From Neocallimastix sp. 'constans' (Eukaryota): a stretch of 64,000 bases of DNA. The position numbers and the translations under genes were made by a program. Under the pieces are notes generated by a model, which had not been told where the DNA came from, searched no databases, and saw only the letters and a list, made by a program, of their open reading frames with translations. Location: the NCBI GenBank assembly GCA_050613775.1, contig JBODTK010000100.1, positions 124,001 through 188,000 of the forward strand. Direction: 5' to 3'. This document shows positions 24,420 through 37,981 of the stretch, one piece after another. Numbering within the stretch: position 1 is the stretch's first letter; every line of letters begins with the position of its first letter.

Positions 24420-25904
24420 ATGAATTATCTTGACATAATAAAAGATTTAATTAATAAAAAGGATTTATTTGAACTTCATTCCTTTTTAGAATTTAATGGC
24501 ATTGATATTAATTGTATTCTTTCTAAAGAAAAAGATACGTTAGATCCATTAACCTACGCTATTGAAACCCATTCCCCGGATGAAATGATTCGTTTTTTAA
24601 TAGAAAAATATCATGATTTAAATTATGAAACTAGAAATGGTAAAATTCCAATCTTTTGTGCTGTCGAATCTCAAAATTTTAAAATATCCGATGAATTATT
24701 ATTCGCTAGGCACCACCCTGCTAATATTAACTACATGAATGCACAAGATGAAAATATATTGGTCTATTTATTAAATCGAAATGCTTTAACGAAAAAAGCT
24801 TTACTCTATACCTTAAATCATGGTGTAAATGTTAATATGGAATGGAATAAAAGGAATTCCGTCCTAACTCGAATCATTGATAGTCATAAGGATAATGTGG
24901 AGGCCATCATGAAGAAACTTTTTCATACCACCGTATTTACCAATAAATTTATTATTCAACTTTTAATCTTTGCTAAATCGAGAACGTCCTTCACGTCACA
25001 ACAATTTAAAAAATTATTGGATGAGGAGAAGGCGAAAATTCATATTACCAAAAGAACCTATAAATGTGTCATCGATAACGGGTTAATTAACCTGCTTCAA
25101 CTCCTCTTCAACCACGATATTCACTTTGACTTAAAAACAAAATCGTTTGATGAGCTCAATGGCTACGGTTTAATGTTGAGAGCCCTCCTCTTCAATCAAT
25201 ACGACATCTTAAACTATCTCATACAGTATGGCCTTAATAAAAATAAAATTTATAAAAATTTTTTCACCCCTTTAACCTTCGCTTCCTACACCCATATTGA
25301 TAAAGTGAAATTTTTGGTGGAACGAGGCGCTGACCTCAACGTCATCGACGGTTACGGTCATACGCCCTTAATGATTGCCTCCGGTTACGGGAAAATGTCG
25401 ATCGTCCAATACCTTGTCGAACAGGGTGCCGATATTCATAAAAAAAATGCAAAAGATTATACGGCCCTACTCCTCAGTTCGAAATACGGTCATTTTTCTA
25501 TTGTACGATTCTTAGGGGAGAATGGAGCCAATCTTCAAGATAAAAATTATAAGGGGGATAATGCGCTCCATTTATGCATGCGATATGGTAATCTGGACAT
25601 CATAAAATATTTTATTGAAAATGGTATCGATAAGGATGGAAAGGATAATAAGGGCTATAACATTTTAATGTTAGCCGCCTATTACGGCTTTACGGAAATT
25701 GTTCAGTACCTGCTAGGCCTGGGGATGGATTGGGAAGTAACCAATAGTGAGGGATTAAATACCTTAGATTTTGCAAGAAAGGGGGTCAATTCAGAAGTGG
25801 TGGACTATTTGGAAAACTATATTCAATCTTTAAAACAAAAAAAGGAAAAAGAAGAAGAAAAAAAAGAAGAAAAAGAGGAAGAAAAAGAGGAAGAAAAAAG
25901 ATAA
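24420..25904 (+). CDS. Ankyrin repeat protein
   Basis: 494-aa intronless ORF with repeated GxTPLxxA...GxxxIVxYLVExGAD motifs. Confidence 0.93.
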   Translation: MNYLDIIKDLINKKDLFELHSFLEFNGIDINCILSKEKDTLDPLTYAIETHSPDEMIRFLIEKYHDLNYETRNGKIPIFCAVESQNFKISDELLFARHHPANINYMNAQDENILVYLLNRNALTKKALLYTLNHGVNVNMEWNKRNSVLTRIIDSHKDNVEAIMKKLFHTTVFTNKFIIQLLIFAKSRTSFTSQQFKKLLDEEKAKIHITKRTYKCVIDNGLINLLQLLFNHDIHFDLKTKSFDELNGYGLMLRALLFNQYDILNYLIQYGLNKNKIYKNFFTPLTFASYTHIDKVKFLVERGADLNVIDGYGHTPLMIASGYGKMSIVQYLVEQGADIHKKNAKDYTALLLSSKYGHFSIVRFLGENGANLQDKNYKGDNALHLCMRYGNLDIIKYFIENGIDKDGKDNKGYNILMLAAYYGFTEIVQYLLGLGMDWEVTNSEGLNTLDFARKGVNSEVVDYLENYIQSLKQKKEKEEEKKEEKEEEKEEEKR

Positions 25905-26308
25905 AGAAAAAAGATGAATAAATAAATATATAAATAAATAATAATTCAAAATACTGAGGAAAAAAAAAATTACTAATAATAGTCATTGTAATATATGATA
26001 GTATTAGATAAACTAAAATAAAAAAAAAAAAAACAATTTTTTTTTTTCAATATAAATAATTATATCTATAATTATAATGAATCTTATATACCAAAAAATA
26101 TCAATACATATCATGACCTATCATAAATATTATATAAAAAAAAATTTTTTTTATTATATCATACCATAGGATACGTATTTTAATAGTATATATACCTTTT
26201 TTTATTTACATATTTTTTTTCTTTTTTTTTTATATAGTAGTATATTCCATATCATTCATAAAAATTTTTAAGGCATAAAATTATACCAAAAAAACAAAAA
26301 AACTATCG

Positions 26309-26361
<53 letters not shown>

Positions 26362-26371
26362 TAATAATATA

Positions 26372-26418
<47 letters not shown>

Positions 26419-27214
26419 GGTCACGTCAACGAAATATTTTTTAAATTAATCCCTTAAAATATAAAAAAAAAATTTTATTTATTTAGTAACAGAATAACAT
26501 ATTTAGTAATATATAATTATTTTTTTTTTTTTTTTTTATTTTTTTTATTTTTTTTTAATAAAACAGAAAAACATGAAAATATTAATTACTACACAATATA
26601 AAAAAAGTTTTTTTTTTTTTTAAAAAAATCATTTTATTAATTTATATATAATATAAATAAAAATAAAAATATTAATTTTCAAAAAAAAAAAAATTAATAC
26701 AATATTAAAAATAATAAAATTAAAATTAATACAATATTAAAAATAATAAAATTAAAATAATAATAATAATAATAATAATAATTATAAAAAAAAAAATAAA
26801 ATAGATAAAATAAATTATACCCATAATTGTATAATATATATTTTTATATTTATATAGTTCTTATAATAAAAATAAATTTTAAAAAATTTACAATTCGAAA
26901 ATTTTAAAAATTCGAAAATTTTAAAATTCGAAATTTTAAAATGTAAAAATCTAAAAATTATATATATATATATATATATTTATAATAAATAAATAAACAA
27001 TAAAAAAAAAATAATAAGCAAAGAAAAAAAAAAATAAAAATGATAATGATAATGATTATGATAATTAAATAAATAAACTTGACTTGATACTTAACTATTA
27101 TTATATTATTATTATTATTATTATTATTTTTTCCTTAGTTTTTTTTTTTTTTTTTTCTTATTATTTTTTTTTTTCCTATTATTTTTTTTTCTCTTAATTT
27201 TTTTTTTATTTATT

Positions 27215-28009
27215 TTATTTTTTAACTCTAAGTTCTGCTATGGCGGCAAAATGACGAATTCCAAATTCACCTTCGGGGGCTACCCTGAGCATTAAGTCCC
27301 AGTGTTCCCTGTTCCATTCGGCTAATTCCTTTTCATTGAGGGAGGCGCCAACCCCTCGACAGGCACGCATCCGTCCGTGCCATGATTCCCTTGTGAAAGG
27401 AACGTCAAGGTCATATTCCTCATGATACACCACCTCAAAATATTCTTTTAACTCGTCCGCTATCGGAATGGGTTTTTTCGTTTCACCGGCACCTGACCAA
27501 TTGGGACTATATTTTAGGATGATGGCTTCACTGGCCCCAGCAATCTTATCTTCAAACGGTAACCATTCCATACATAAAATAATTAATTTTCCATTTTTTT
27601 TCAATAATTTGGCAAGTTTAGGAGCAATAACTTTATAATCAAAATACCAAAAACATTGACAGGCGGTCACCGCATCAAACGAATTCTCTGGAAAATTTAA
27701 GGCTTCCGCTGAACTCGTTAAAAATTCAATATCCATATTTGCTTTTTGAGCTAAAATTTTGGCTTGTTCAATTTGATTCTCCGATATATCGGTACCTATC
27801 CATTTAGCTCCATATTTATACATATTCAGGGGTAAAACACCTGTCCCTGTTCCTATATCTAAAACAGTTTGTCCTTCAACCCCTACATTTCTTTCAACGA
27901 TTTTTTCATAAAATATTGGAGGATAGATATCACGAAATTTAGCATAGTCTTCTGACGTTTTACCCCAATTAAATGCTTTTCCTTTATCAATTCTTTTATC
28001 ACTAATCAT
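27215..28009 (-). CDS. Class I SAM-dependent methyltransferase, bacterial type
   Basis: 264-aa intronless ORF: motif I VLDIGTGTG, GTDISENQI, AEALNFPENSFDAV, LKKNGKL. Confidence 0.92.
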   Translation of the reverse strand: MISDKRIDKGKAFNWGKTSEDYAKFRDIYPPIFYEKIVERNVGVEGQTVLDIGTGTGVLPLNMYKYGAKWIGTDISENQIEQAKILAQKANMDIEFLTSSAEALNFPENSFDAVTACQCFWYFDYKVIAPKLAKLLKKNGKLIILCMEWLPFEDKIAGASEAIILKYSPNWSGAGETKKPIPIADELKEYFEVVYHEEYDLDVPFTRESWHGRMRACRGVGASLNEKELAEWNREHWDLMLRVAPEGEFGIRHFAAIAELRVKK

Positions 28010-28407
28010 ATTACTAATAATAATAATAAAAAAAAAAAAAATAAATAAATAAATTAAAATAAATTAAAATGAATTATAAAAAAAAAAAAAAATAAATAAA
28101 TAAATATAAAAATAAATAAAAATAAAGATAAAATATTATTGAGATATTTAAAGAATTTATTTAATTAAACCAAAAAAAAATAAAATAAAATAAAATAGAA
28201 TAAAAAAAGTAATTAAAAAAAAAAAAAGAATAAAAAGAATAAAAAGAATTATAATAATAATTTATTAAATTAAATAATTATATTGAATCGTTCCTTAATA
28301 TATTCTTATCTAATAAATTTAATCACTATAAATATTGACTATTTACACTAGAATAAAAATAAAATAAATATTTATTACTATTATGACTATTATTACTAAT
28401 AATTAAA

Positions 28408-28455
<48 letters not shown>

Positions 28456-29697
28456 CAATGAATTAATTATTAAATATTAAAAATATTACAAATATTAAAA
28501 AATGTATTATACATTAAATATTAAATAGTATGACCAATATAATATTTTGTTATATTAAATAATATAAATATTATACACTTTGAGAGAATGAATGGAAGAA
28601 TAAGTCACTGAATTTAAAAAAGTTTTTTAAAGAATTATTTTTTAAAAGATTGTTATTTTTTTTTATTTTTTTTATTTTTTTATTTTCCTTTTTTTTATTT
28701 TAAATTAAATTATTATTATATTATATATATAAAAGTTTAAATAATTTCTATTGAAATTGTATATATAAAATTAAAAGAGGTTTATTGTTAATATTTATAT
28801 TTTTGTGATTCAGTTAAAAAAATAAAAATAATAATAAATAAATAAATATATAAATAAATAAATAATTTTTAAGGTAACCACAATTTTTTGGTTTAAAATC
28901 TTTTTTTTTTTTTTTTACTTTTTAATTATTATTATAAAGTTCATCAATAAATTTTAATCGATTTTAATTAATTAATTAATAATATTAATTAAAAATATTT
29001 AAAAAAAAATTTTTTTTTTTTTAATATAAAATAAAATAAAGTTAAATGAAAATAAAAAATAAAAAACTCATCCATTTATTTTTAATTCAACCAAAGTTGT
29101 TTTCTTTTTTTTTTTTTTTAATGCCATATTTCATACACTATTTTCCCTTTTTTTTTTTATTATAATTATTTAATAATTTATTTATTTATTTATTTATTTT
29201 TCTTTTCTTTTTTTTCTTTCCATTTTACCAATTTAAATTTATATATAAAGTTTTAATTTAAATTTATATATATATAAAATTATTATATATAATTTTTTTT
29301 TTCTATTACCTCTAATATATAATAGTATATATTAAAATAAACTAATAAATTAAAGAAATGAATTTTTAATCATCTGTACCATAATATTCATTGTCGGATA
29401 TTTATATATATCAAGATAAAAAAATATATATATATATATATATATTTTTTTTTTGTTATATTATTTATAAATATTTAATAAAATAAGAGAATAGAATACT
29501 TCAAAATAAAGTAAATTTATTAATTTTTATTAATAATAATAATAATAATAATAATAATTTTTATAAGTTTAATTGGTAAAGAATAAAAAAAAATATATAT
29601 ATATAAATTATTTTATAAAAAAATTTAACTTATTATAAATATCTTTATAATAAGTTAAAACTTTTTTCTATATAAAAATTTTTTTAAATAAATTGTA

Positions 29698-29736
<39 letters not shown>

Positions 29737-30724
29737 GCTTTTTTTAACATATTTATTGTGTTTAACAAGATACTGTATTTTTTTTTTTTTTAGTACTAAA
29801 AATATTTGTATAATACGTTCAAGCAATAATATTTATACTTTTTTTTTTTTTTTTTTTTAATATTTCTATATTTTTTTATAGTATTTTAATTTTTTTAACT
29901 ATTTTTCTTTTTAAAAAAAAAAATAGTTAAAAAAAAAAAAAGAAAGAAATCATTATATATACATTCTACCACCTATCTATAATCCTAGAAATACGAAGCA
30001 TCTAGACCATAGAGTTGTGAACCGTGGTTGATATGATCAACTTTGGAAAAAAAAAAATTGTTTTTTAAAAAATTTTTTTTTTATTTAATCATAATTTTAT
30101 TTATTATTTATATGTATTTTTTTTTTATCAAATTTAAAAATACCAATTGTTATTAAAAAATATATATATATATATATAATAAATGTTTTTAGTAAAACCA
30201 ATTTTTTTAATTTTTTTTTTTTTTTTTTGATCTATTCTCGTGTTTGTTTGTTTAAGAATTTTTTATTTAGTAAATATATTTAAAGATTAAAAGTTTTATC
30301 CATCGACTTACAGTAATAATAACTACAAAATAGAGAGTAATAATAAAATAATAGAGTGATAATAAAATAATAGAGTAATAATAAAATTTATATATATATA
30401 TATTATTATTATTATTATATATATATAATTCTTAAAACAACAAAGGTGCTAACATAATCCATTAAGGGTATTTATGATTAAACTTTATAAAAACAAAATA
30501 TAAATCAAGATTAATTACTATAGAGGATACACTAAGTATATGAAAATGACTATAAAAAAAAAAAAAAAAAAAATTAATTAATGAATTAATTAAAGATGAA
30601 GAGTTATTTGATATCACTTATAACAATAGGTTCAGATCTAACATCTGCAGTTAAGAGTCTACTATATTTAGAAAAAAAAATTTGCTCGTGACCAGACATA
30701 ATATTTTGCCATCAATAAACTAGT

Positions 30725-30755
<31 letters not shown>

Positions 30756-31059
30756 CAAGAGTCATAAATGAAAGATTGGAGGAAAATGTTGGTATAGATT
30801 TTTTTCCGATAACTTTATAGAGGGACTTAATATTATAGAATATTCTTTAATGAAAAAAAAAAAAAAAAAAAAGGATAAAAAAAAAATTTTTTTACCATAA
30901 GATTCAAAAAAAATAAAAAAAAAAAAAATTTACCACAAAATTCAAAAAAAAAAAAATAAAAATAAAAAAAAAGGAATAATTAGAAGGGGGAATAAGAAAT
31001 AATAAATGCATTAACTATATAAAAAAAAAAAAGTAAAAAAAAAAAAATTATAAATCAAT

Positions 31060-31335
31060 TTTTTTTTCAATTTTCTTGATTAAATATATTTCTTTAAATA
31101 AATTTTCGAACCACAAAGCTTGTTTAGTATATTCAGTAAAAAACTAACAAATTCAGCTTTCAGTAGTAGATAGAGTTACGTTTTTCTTGTAACTGAGATT
31201 TCCATGAAATAGGGACTTTTTTCTAAGTAAAAATATATATCCACTTGTAGATCTTCTCGTCTTTTCGTCGTTGGCAAAATCTGAATCCGAGTATCGGATA
31301 AATTTATTATCTTTATTATAATATATAGATTTATT

Positions 31336-31376
<41 letters not shown>

Positions 31377-33190
31377 TACCTTTTTAAATATTGTTTTAAG
31401 ATATTTTTTAAACTTTTATAATCAGCTTCTGTTGGATTTTCACATATTCTTGAGGCTTCACTTACAGAAAACATGATGATCAGGCCTTAACTTTACAGCG
31501 ATATATAGTAATGCACCAATTAAAAAAAATTTATATTCTTTTGAATCTATTAAATTTGAATTGTTTCTTTCATATTCCAGTAATTTTCCAACATGATGTT
31601 TTTTTTATTTTTTTTTTTTTTTCTTCATATTATTTATATATTTTTCTATTATTTTATTAATATAATCTATCTAATTTATTTTATTATAACCATCACTTGT
31701 TTTATAAATATTTATTCCTATTATTTTAGTCGCATTATAATCATTAGAAATTTTTATATTTATCTTTTTTTTTTGTTTACAGTATAGTTTATTTCATTTT
31801 TTTTATTTTTTTTTTTAATTCCTGTTATTAAAATATCATTTACATATAATGTTAGTAAACATATTAATTTATTATTATTATTATATTTTCCCCAAAGAGA
31901 CATTTGTCAATTTTGTATTTTCTAAAACTTATACTTACTAAAGTAATGTGATATTTCTTTATACCACATTCTTCCAGCTTGTTTTAAACCATAAAGAGCT
32001 TTTTTTTTTTTAAGTAACCAGAATTTATTAATATTAAAATTTTTATCACCATAAGGAATCTTTGTATAAATCTTTTTCCTTCCAAATTTGCATTCAAGTA
32101 AGCAGCTTTTATTTTCCAGTTGTTTCAAATCCCAGTTGAACTTTGATGCAATAGCGACCGTAAGTCTTAGACTGTCTGCTTGAACTGTTGGGGAGTATGT
32201 GTCTATAAAATCTTCTCCAGCAACTTGCTGGCAACCAAGAGCCAATAGTCTTGTCTTTTTTCTTCTTATTATCCTTTTCGGCAAAGACCCATTTAGTACC
32301 GATTAAATTTTATTGATTCAATTATTAATTAAATTTGTCGCGGAAAAAGGTAGTGTTAATACCACCAGACATATCCTCCATGAAATAAACATCTCTTCAA
32401 CAATTAAGAATTTGATTTAGCCGTTCGGCACGACTATTTTTGCTGAGGATTACCAGGAATGGAATGAATGAAATTTATACCATTATCTTCTAAGTAATTC
32501 ATTAAAGATTTATTAATATATTCCCGTTCCATTTTCAGCTTTATCTAAAAATCACCATTTACTTAAATAATGTTTTTATTATATATTTTATCTAAATTAT
32601 TTAAATTGTTTATGCTATAAGTTAAATTAATGCGAGTACCACTTATCAATAATCCAATGCGTAGAATTAGTATTATTTTTTTGTTGTTGTATTATTACAA
32701 TTTTGAATGACTGAAATATTTCCTGTAAAATTAATATTTACTTCATTTTCATTTTCATCATTATTTTTCAGAAATAATATCATTGTTATTTTTGTTATTT
32801 TCATCTTCATTATTATCAATAATATTACCGGAATGATAATTACTTTTATGATATCTTTTAGAAGAATTTTTATTCTTTTTTTTTTTTTTGCTCTAAAATT
32901 TATAATTTTTATTATTATTAATATCTGATTTATTACTTTCGTTAATTAAAAGATTATATTTACAGTGGTCAATAGAATGATCTTTAGTTAAATGATTATC
33001 AATAATAATTATTATATTATTATTTTTAATTTTTTTTTTCTTTTTAAAATTATTTCTTATTTAATACTCTTTTTTTTTTTTTTTTTTTTTTTTTTTACAT
33101 TACTGCTATAATATGTATTTATTTTACATTTCTATTTTATTAAAAACATCATCATAATAAATATTTCAATTTCTCTTATTTCCTTTATTT
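31060..33190 (-). mobile_element. Degenerate, internally deleted Ty1/Copia relic (gag/PR, INT, RT, RH fragments)
   Basis: RH YSDSDFANDEKTRRSTSGY near 31240-31295; RT DTYSPTV and KKALYGLKQAGRMWY in 31922-32284; INT RAERLNQ near 32415-32435; 32640-33000 is a decayed copy of 39820-40150. Confidence 0.9.
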
Positions 33191-33299
33191 GATTTATTAT
33201 CATATTATGTTGTTGAGAATATATACTAATATACATAATTAGGATGAATTTTTAAATTTTTATATTTAATGCATTTTAATTTATTTTTAAGACCTTTTT

Positions 33300-34030
33300 T
33301 TATATACATTCTGAAGTGCTTATGTATTCAGCTTCTGCTGTTGACGTAGCTACGATTGTTTTTTTTTTTTTAGAAGTCTAACTAATAGGATTTTTATCCA
33401 TTAGGATCATATGTCCTAAAGTTGATTTTCTTTCTCTGATGTCTCCAAAAAAATCTGAATCAATGTAACCGATGATTTCGCCTTCATCATCATAACATGT
33501 TTTGAAGTTTTTTTGTGTTACTTATAATATTTTAATAAATTAATATTATTATCCAATCTGTAATTGTACAATTTTCTAAATTTCTTGCAACTTTATGTAC
33601 TACAAAAGAAATGTCAGGTTTAGTACATTTGGATAAATAAATTAACATGCCTATGGCACTTTTGTAAAAGGTTCTATTAAATGATTTATTATTCTCACTT
33701 TTGATATTTTAACCTACACATTGGTGTACCTTTTTTTTTTTTTTTTTTTTTTTTATATTTCTTAAATTTTAAATTTTCTAAAATTTTATTAATATAATAT
33801 TCCTAGGAAGTTATATATTTATTGTCGGTATTCTTTACTTCAATTTCAAGAATATAATTTATTTGTTCAGATATTGGTATTTTAAAATTTTTCTTTATTA
33901 TCCCAATTTTTTTTTTTCGTCTCCTTATTTACACCTGTTATAACCATATCATCTACATATAGACTTATCAAAACTAATATCTCTTCTTTTTTTATTTTTC
34001 TTAATGAAAATACAATTTTTTGTGTTATCA
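33300..34030 (-). mobile_element. Second Copia RT/RNase H relic
   Basis: Minus-strand ISLYVDDMVITG (~33935-33970), KCTKPDISFVV, YIDSDF, TIVATSTAEAEY; broken by stops and frameshifts. Confidence 0.88.
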
Positions 34031-34095
34031 ATTGGATATATCTTTTTTTAATTAAATAAATATATTTTTACAATTAAATGTTATTAAATAACTAT

Positions 34096-34134
<39 letters not shown>

Positions 34135-34164
34135 CTTTTTTCAATATTTTAACATCATCGTCAT

Positions 34165-34212
<48 letters not shown>

Positions 34213-34660
34213 TTCATCAAATACTTTGTTTATTAAAGATATTAAATATAATAAAATATAATAAAATAAATAAAAAAAAATTTTTTTTTTCAAATATTTA
34301 ATACGAATAAATATAATAAATTATTATTTTTCTTATTTTTTTTTTTTTTTTATAATAAAAAAAGTTGTTTCAATAATTTTTTCCACTTATGAACAATATT
34401 TTATTAAATTATATACAAAAAAATATATAATAATAAATATTATTTTGTTTTTGATTTTTTATTTATGTTAACACCTTTTATTACAATTTCATCTATAGTC
34501 TTTAGATTATTTATTTTATTTATTAATAATTTTAATTATTAAAAATAGATTTTATGTGAGCAAATAATAAAGAATAAAAAAAAAAAAAAAAACTATCAAA
34601 TAATTCAGGATTTAAAATATTTAAAATAATAAGTTTAAACAATAAAGATAATATAATTTA

Positions 34661-34691
<31 letters not shown>

Positions 34692-35066
34692 ATTAAATTT
34701 TATTAAAGTTTTTTTGTAATAATTAAAAATATATATAATGTGATATAGTAATAATAAAAAAAAAAATAATAATTGATAATATTATATTTAAATTTCATAT
34801 TAAAAATTTTATAGTATTGAAAATAGTACATATTTTTTTTTTTTTTTTTTTTTTTTTATAATATAAAATACTAAAAAAAAAAAAAAAAAAAAAATAAATA
34901 AATAAATAGTATTATTATTAATACAATAAAACTTAAAATATAAAATTATTTTTTTTTTTTTTTTTTTTATATATATATATATAATAGTTTTATAAATTAC
35001 TCTATATATATAATATAACAAAGTAACTTATGAGAAGATGAGAAGAGACTATTATATAATATTGAT

Positions 35067-35819
35067 TTATCTATTATTATTTTGATTAAATAAAATTTTT
35101 TTGTTGAAATAATTAGAATTTGTTTTATTTAAATAATTAGATTGCGAAGCTAATTTGAAGACATTTTCAATATTAGGATATAAAGTTAAATTATTATTGT
35201 ATAATAAATTTGGTGAAATATGTTGTAATGGAAATCTTAATAAACTAGCATTAACATTTACTTGATTATAACTCATTAAAGGATTATTTTTAGGATCAGC
35301 TAAATTAGATAAATTTCTTAATACAAGTTGTGCATCAACTAGAGGTGATGGTTTTTGTTGAACTAAACCTAATAAACTGCTTAATACTAGTTGTTGTTGT
35401 TGTTGTTGTTGTTTTTGTTGTTTTTGTTTTTGTTGTTTTTGTTGTTGTTGTTGTTGTAGTTGTTGTTGTTGTTGTAGTTGTAGTTGTTGTAGTTGTTGTA
35501 GTTGTTGTAGTTGTTGTTGTTGTTGTTGTTTTTGTTGTTGTTTTTGTTGTAGTTGTTGTAGTTGTTGTTGTTGTTGTTGTAGTTGTTGTTGTTTTTGTTT
35601 TTGTTGTTTTTGTTGTTGTAGTTGTAGTTGTTGTAGTTGTTGTAGTTGTTGTAGTTGTTGTAGTTGTTGTTTTTGTTGTTGTTGTTGTTGTTGTTTTAGT
35701 TGTAGTTGTTGTAGTTGTTGTAGTTGTTGTTGTTGTTGTTGTTGTTTTTGTTGTTTTTGTTTTTGTTTTTGTTGTTGTTTTTGTTGTTGTTGTTGTTGTT
35801 GTTGTAGTTGTTGTTGTAG

Positions 35820-35861
<42 letters not shown>

Positions 35862-37367
35862 TTGTTGTTGTTGTTGTAGTTGTAGTTGTTGTTTTTGTTT
35901 TTGTTGTTTTTGTTGTTGTTGTTGTTGTAGTTGTAGTTGTTGTAGTTGTTGTAGTTGTTGTAGTTGTTGTAGTTGTTGTTTTTGTTGTTGTAGTTGTTGT
36001 TGTTTTAGTTGTAGTTGTTGTAGTTGTTGTAGTTGTTGTTGTTGTTGTTGTTGTTTTTGTTGTTTTTGTTTTTGTTTTTGTTGTTGTAGTTGTTGTAGTT
36101 GTTGTAGTTGTTGTAGTTGTTGTTGTTGTTGTTGTTGTTGTTGTAGTTGTTGTTGTTTTTGTTGTTGTTGTTTTTGTTTTTGTTGTTTTTGTTTTTGTTG
36201 TTTTTGTTGTTGTTGTAGTTGTTGTTGTTGTAGTTGTTGTTGTTGTAGTTGTTGTTGTTTTAGTTGTTGTTGTAGTTGTTGTAGTTGTTGTTGTTGTTGT
36301 TGAGCCAAATAATAAGGTTTTTCATAATTATTATTATTGCTTTTTTTACTTTTTTTAGCAGGATTATCACTTTCTAAAACATTTGGACATTCATTGTTTT
36401 TTCTTTTATTAGATTTATTTTTTTTAATGATTATTTCTTTTTTATTATTAATTTCTTTCTTTAAATGTTTCTCATTTTTAAGTGAAATATTAGAAGAAAG
36501 ACTATTCTTGACATTTTCATTATTTTCAGTTACTTTTTCAAGTTCTAAATTAAGTTCAACTTTTGATTTAAAATCATTTCCTTCATAAATAGAGTTAGAA
36601 TAATAATATAGTTCACTTTTAGCTATCTCATTATTTTTTTGAACTTTTTTAACTTTTTGAACTTCTTTAACTTTTTTATATAATTTATAAATATAGCTTT
36701 TTTTACCGTTATCTCTAGTAAATGCCTCTTTCTTAGTCATAGTTGTAAATTGCTTTGATCTGTAATACGTAATATTATTTTCATTAACTGTAATAATAAC
36801 AATTTGAAAAATCCAATACCAACTATCAATCTTTAAACTATTTTTTGGTAAATCAATTATTAATTTATTATTTTTGATATTATGAATATTTTCATAACAT
36901 TCAATAAAATAATTTTCTAAAATAAAATTTTGTTTATTTAATTCTTGTTTATTTAATTTATCATAAATTTTTTCTAAATTAATATCTGATTTAGAATACC
37001 CTCTTGCTTTTATAATAAATAATCTACTATTTTCATTAATTTCTTTATTATTTATTTCTATACTTATTGTTATAGGAATTGTAAGTGAATTACTATATTT
37101 TCCTTCATTATAAAAAACTTTAATTATATTTCCAACTAAATTATTGTTATTAATATTTTTATCTTTTATAATTTCACTAACAACACTTTTAATGTTTTTT
37201 ATGTATTTATTACCTTTATTTTTTAATTTGACATCTAATATAATTTTAAAAAGTAAAGAAGAACTTTTAAAACTTAACTTATCTTGATGATAAATAAAAT
37301 AATAAATAAAGTTTTCAAAGTCAGTTTTGTTAATTAAAACTGTATTATCGTTGTTTTGTTGATTCAT
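35067..37367 (-). CDS. Orphan 766-aa protein with a ~300-aa Q/L/K-rich tract, transcription-factor-like architecture
   Basis: Uninterrupted ATG-to-stop ORF in very AT-rich DNA; about 350 aa of non-repetitive N-terminus, basic clusters (KKNKSNKRK, PAKKSKK), polyQ, unique C-terminus. Confidence 0.75.
35390..36302 (-). repeat. Coding (CAA/CTA/AAA)n trinucleotide repeat
   Basis: TTG/TAG/TTT triplets on the + strand with higher-order repetition. Confidence 0.95.
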
Positions 37368-37552
37368 TCTTAAAAAACTATAATATATTTTAATAAATAT
37401 TAATTTTAATTTAAATAATATTTTACTTATTAAAAAAAAAAAAAAAAAAAAGAAGTAAAAGTTCTATTTATTATATACTAAAAAAAAATAAAACTTTATT
37501 TAAAACTATTAAATTTGAAAATTTGGTGAATTTTAAAAAAAAAAAAAATTTT

Positions 37553-37950
37553 AACCAGACATAAGCTTATTGGTTAAAAAACTAAGATAGTGGAACATAA
37601 ATTTCATCATTTTATCATTTTATATAAGCATCAATTAAAAGCTTTTGATTTAATATATAAACAAATATATTATATTATATTAGAAAATATGATTAAATTT
37701 AAAAAAATTTTTTTTTTTCTTTTTAAAAAGATTTTTTAAACAGGCATAAGCTTTATTGGTTAATTAAGTTTAAACTTCATCAGTTTATCGGTTTACATAA
37801 ACTTTAATTAAAAGCTTTGATTTAATATAAAAAACAAATATTATATTATATTCGAAAATATAAGTATATTGAAAAAAAAAAAAAATATAAGACCAGACAT
37901 AAGCTTATTGGTTAATTAAATTAGTGGACAATAAACTTCATCAGTTCAGC
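37553..37950 (-). promoter_or_regulatory. Three diverged direct repeats upstream of the polyQ gene, each with a CCAAT motif
   Basis: CAGACATAAGCTTATTGGTTAA-like at about 37556, 37741 and 37894 (AACCAATAA on the minus strand); the first two share about 130 bp. Confidence 0.6.

Positions 37951-37981
<31 letters not shown>

Noticed and set aside
35330..36358. 342-aa poly-Val ORF on the + strand
   Set aside because: Antisense shadow of the CAA-rich tract in the minus-strand gene.
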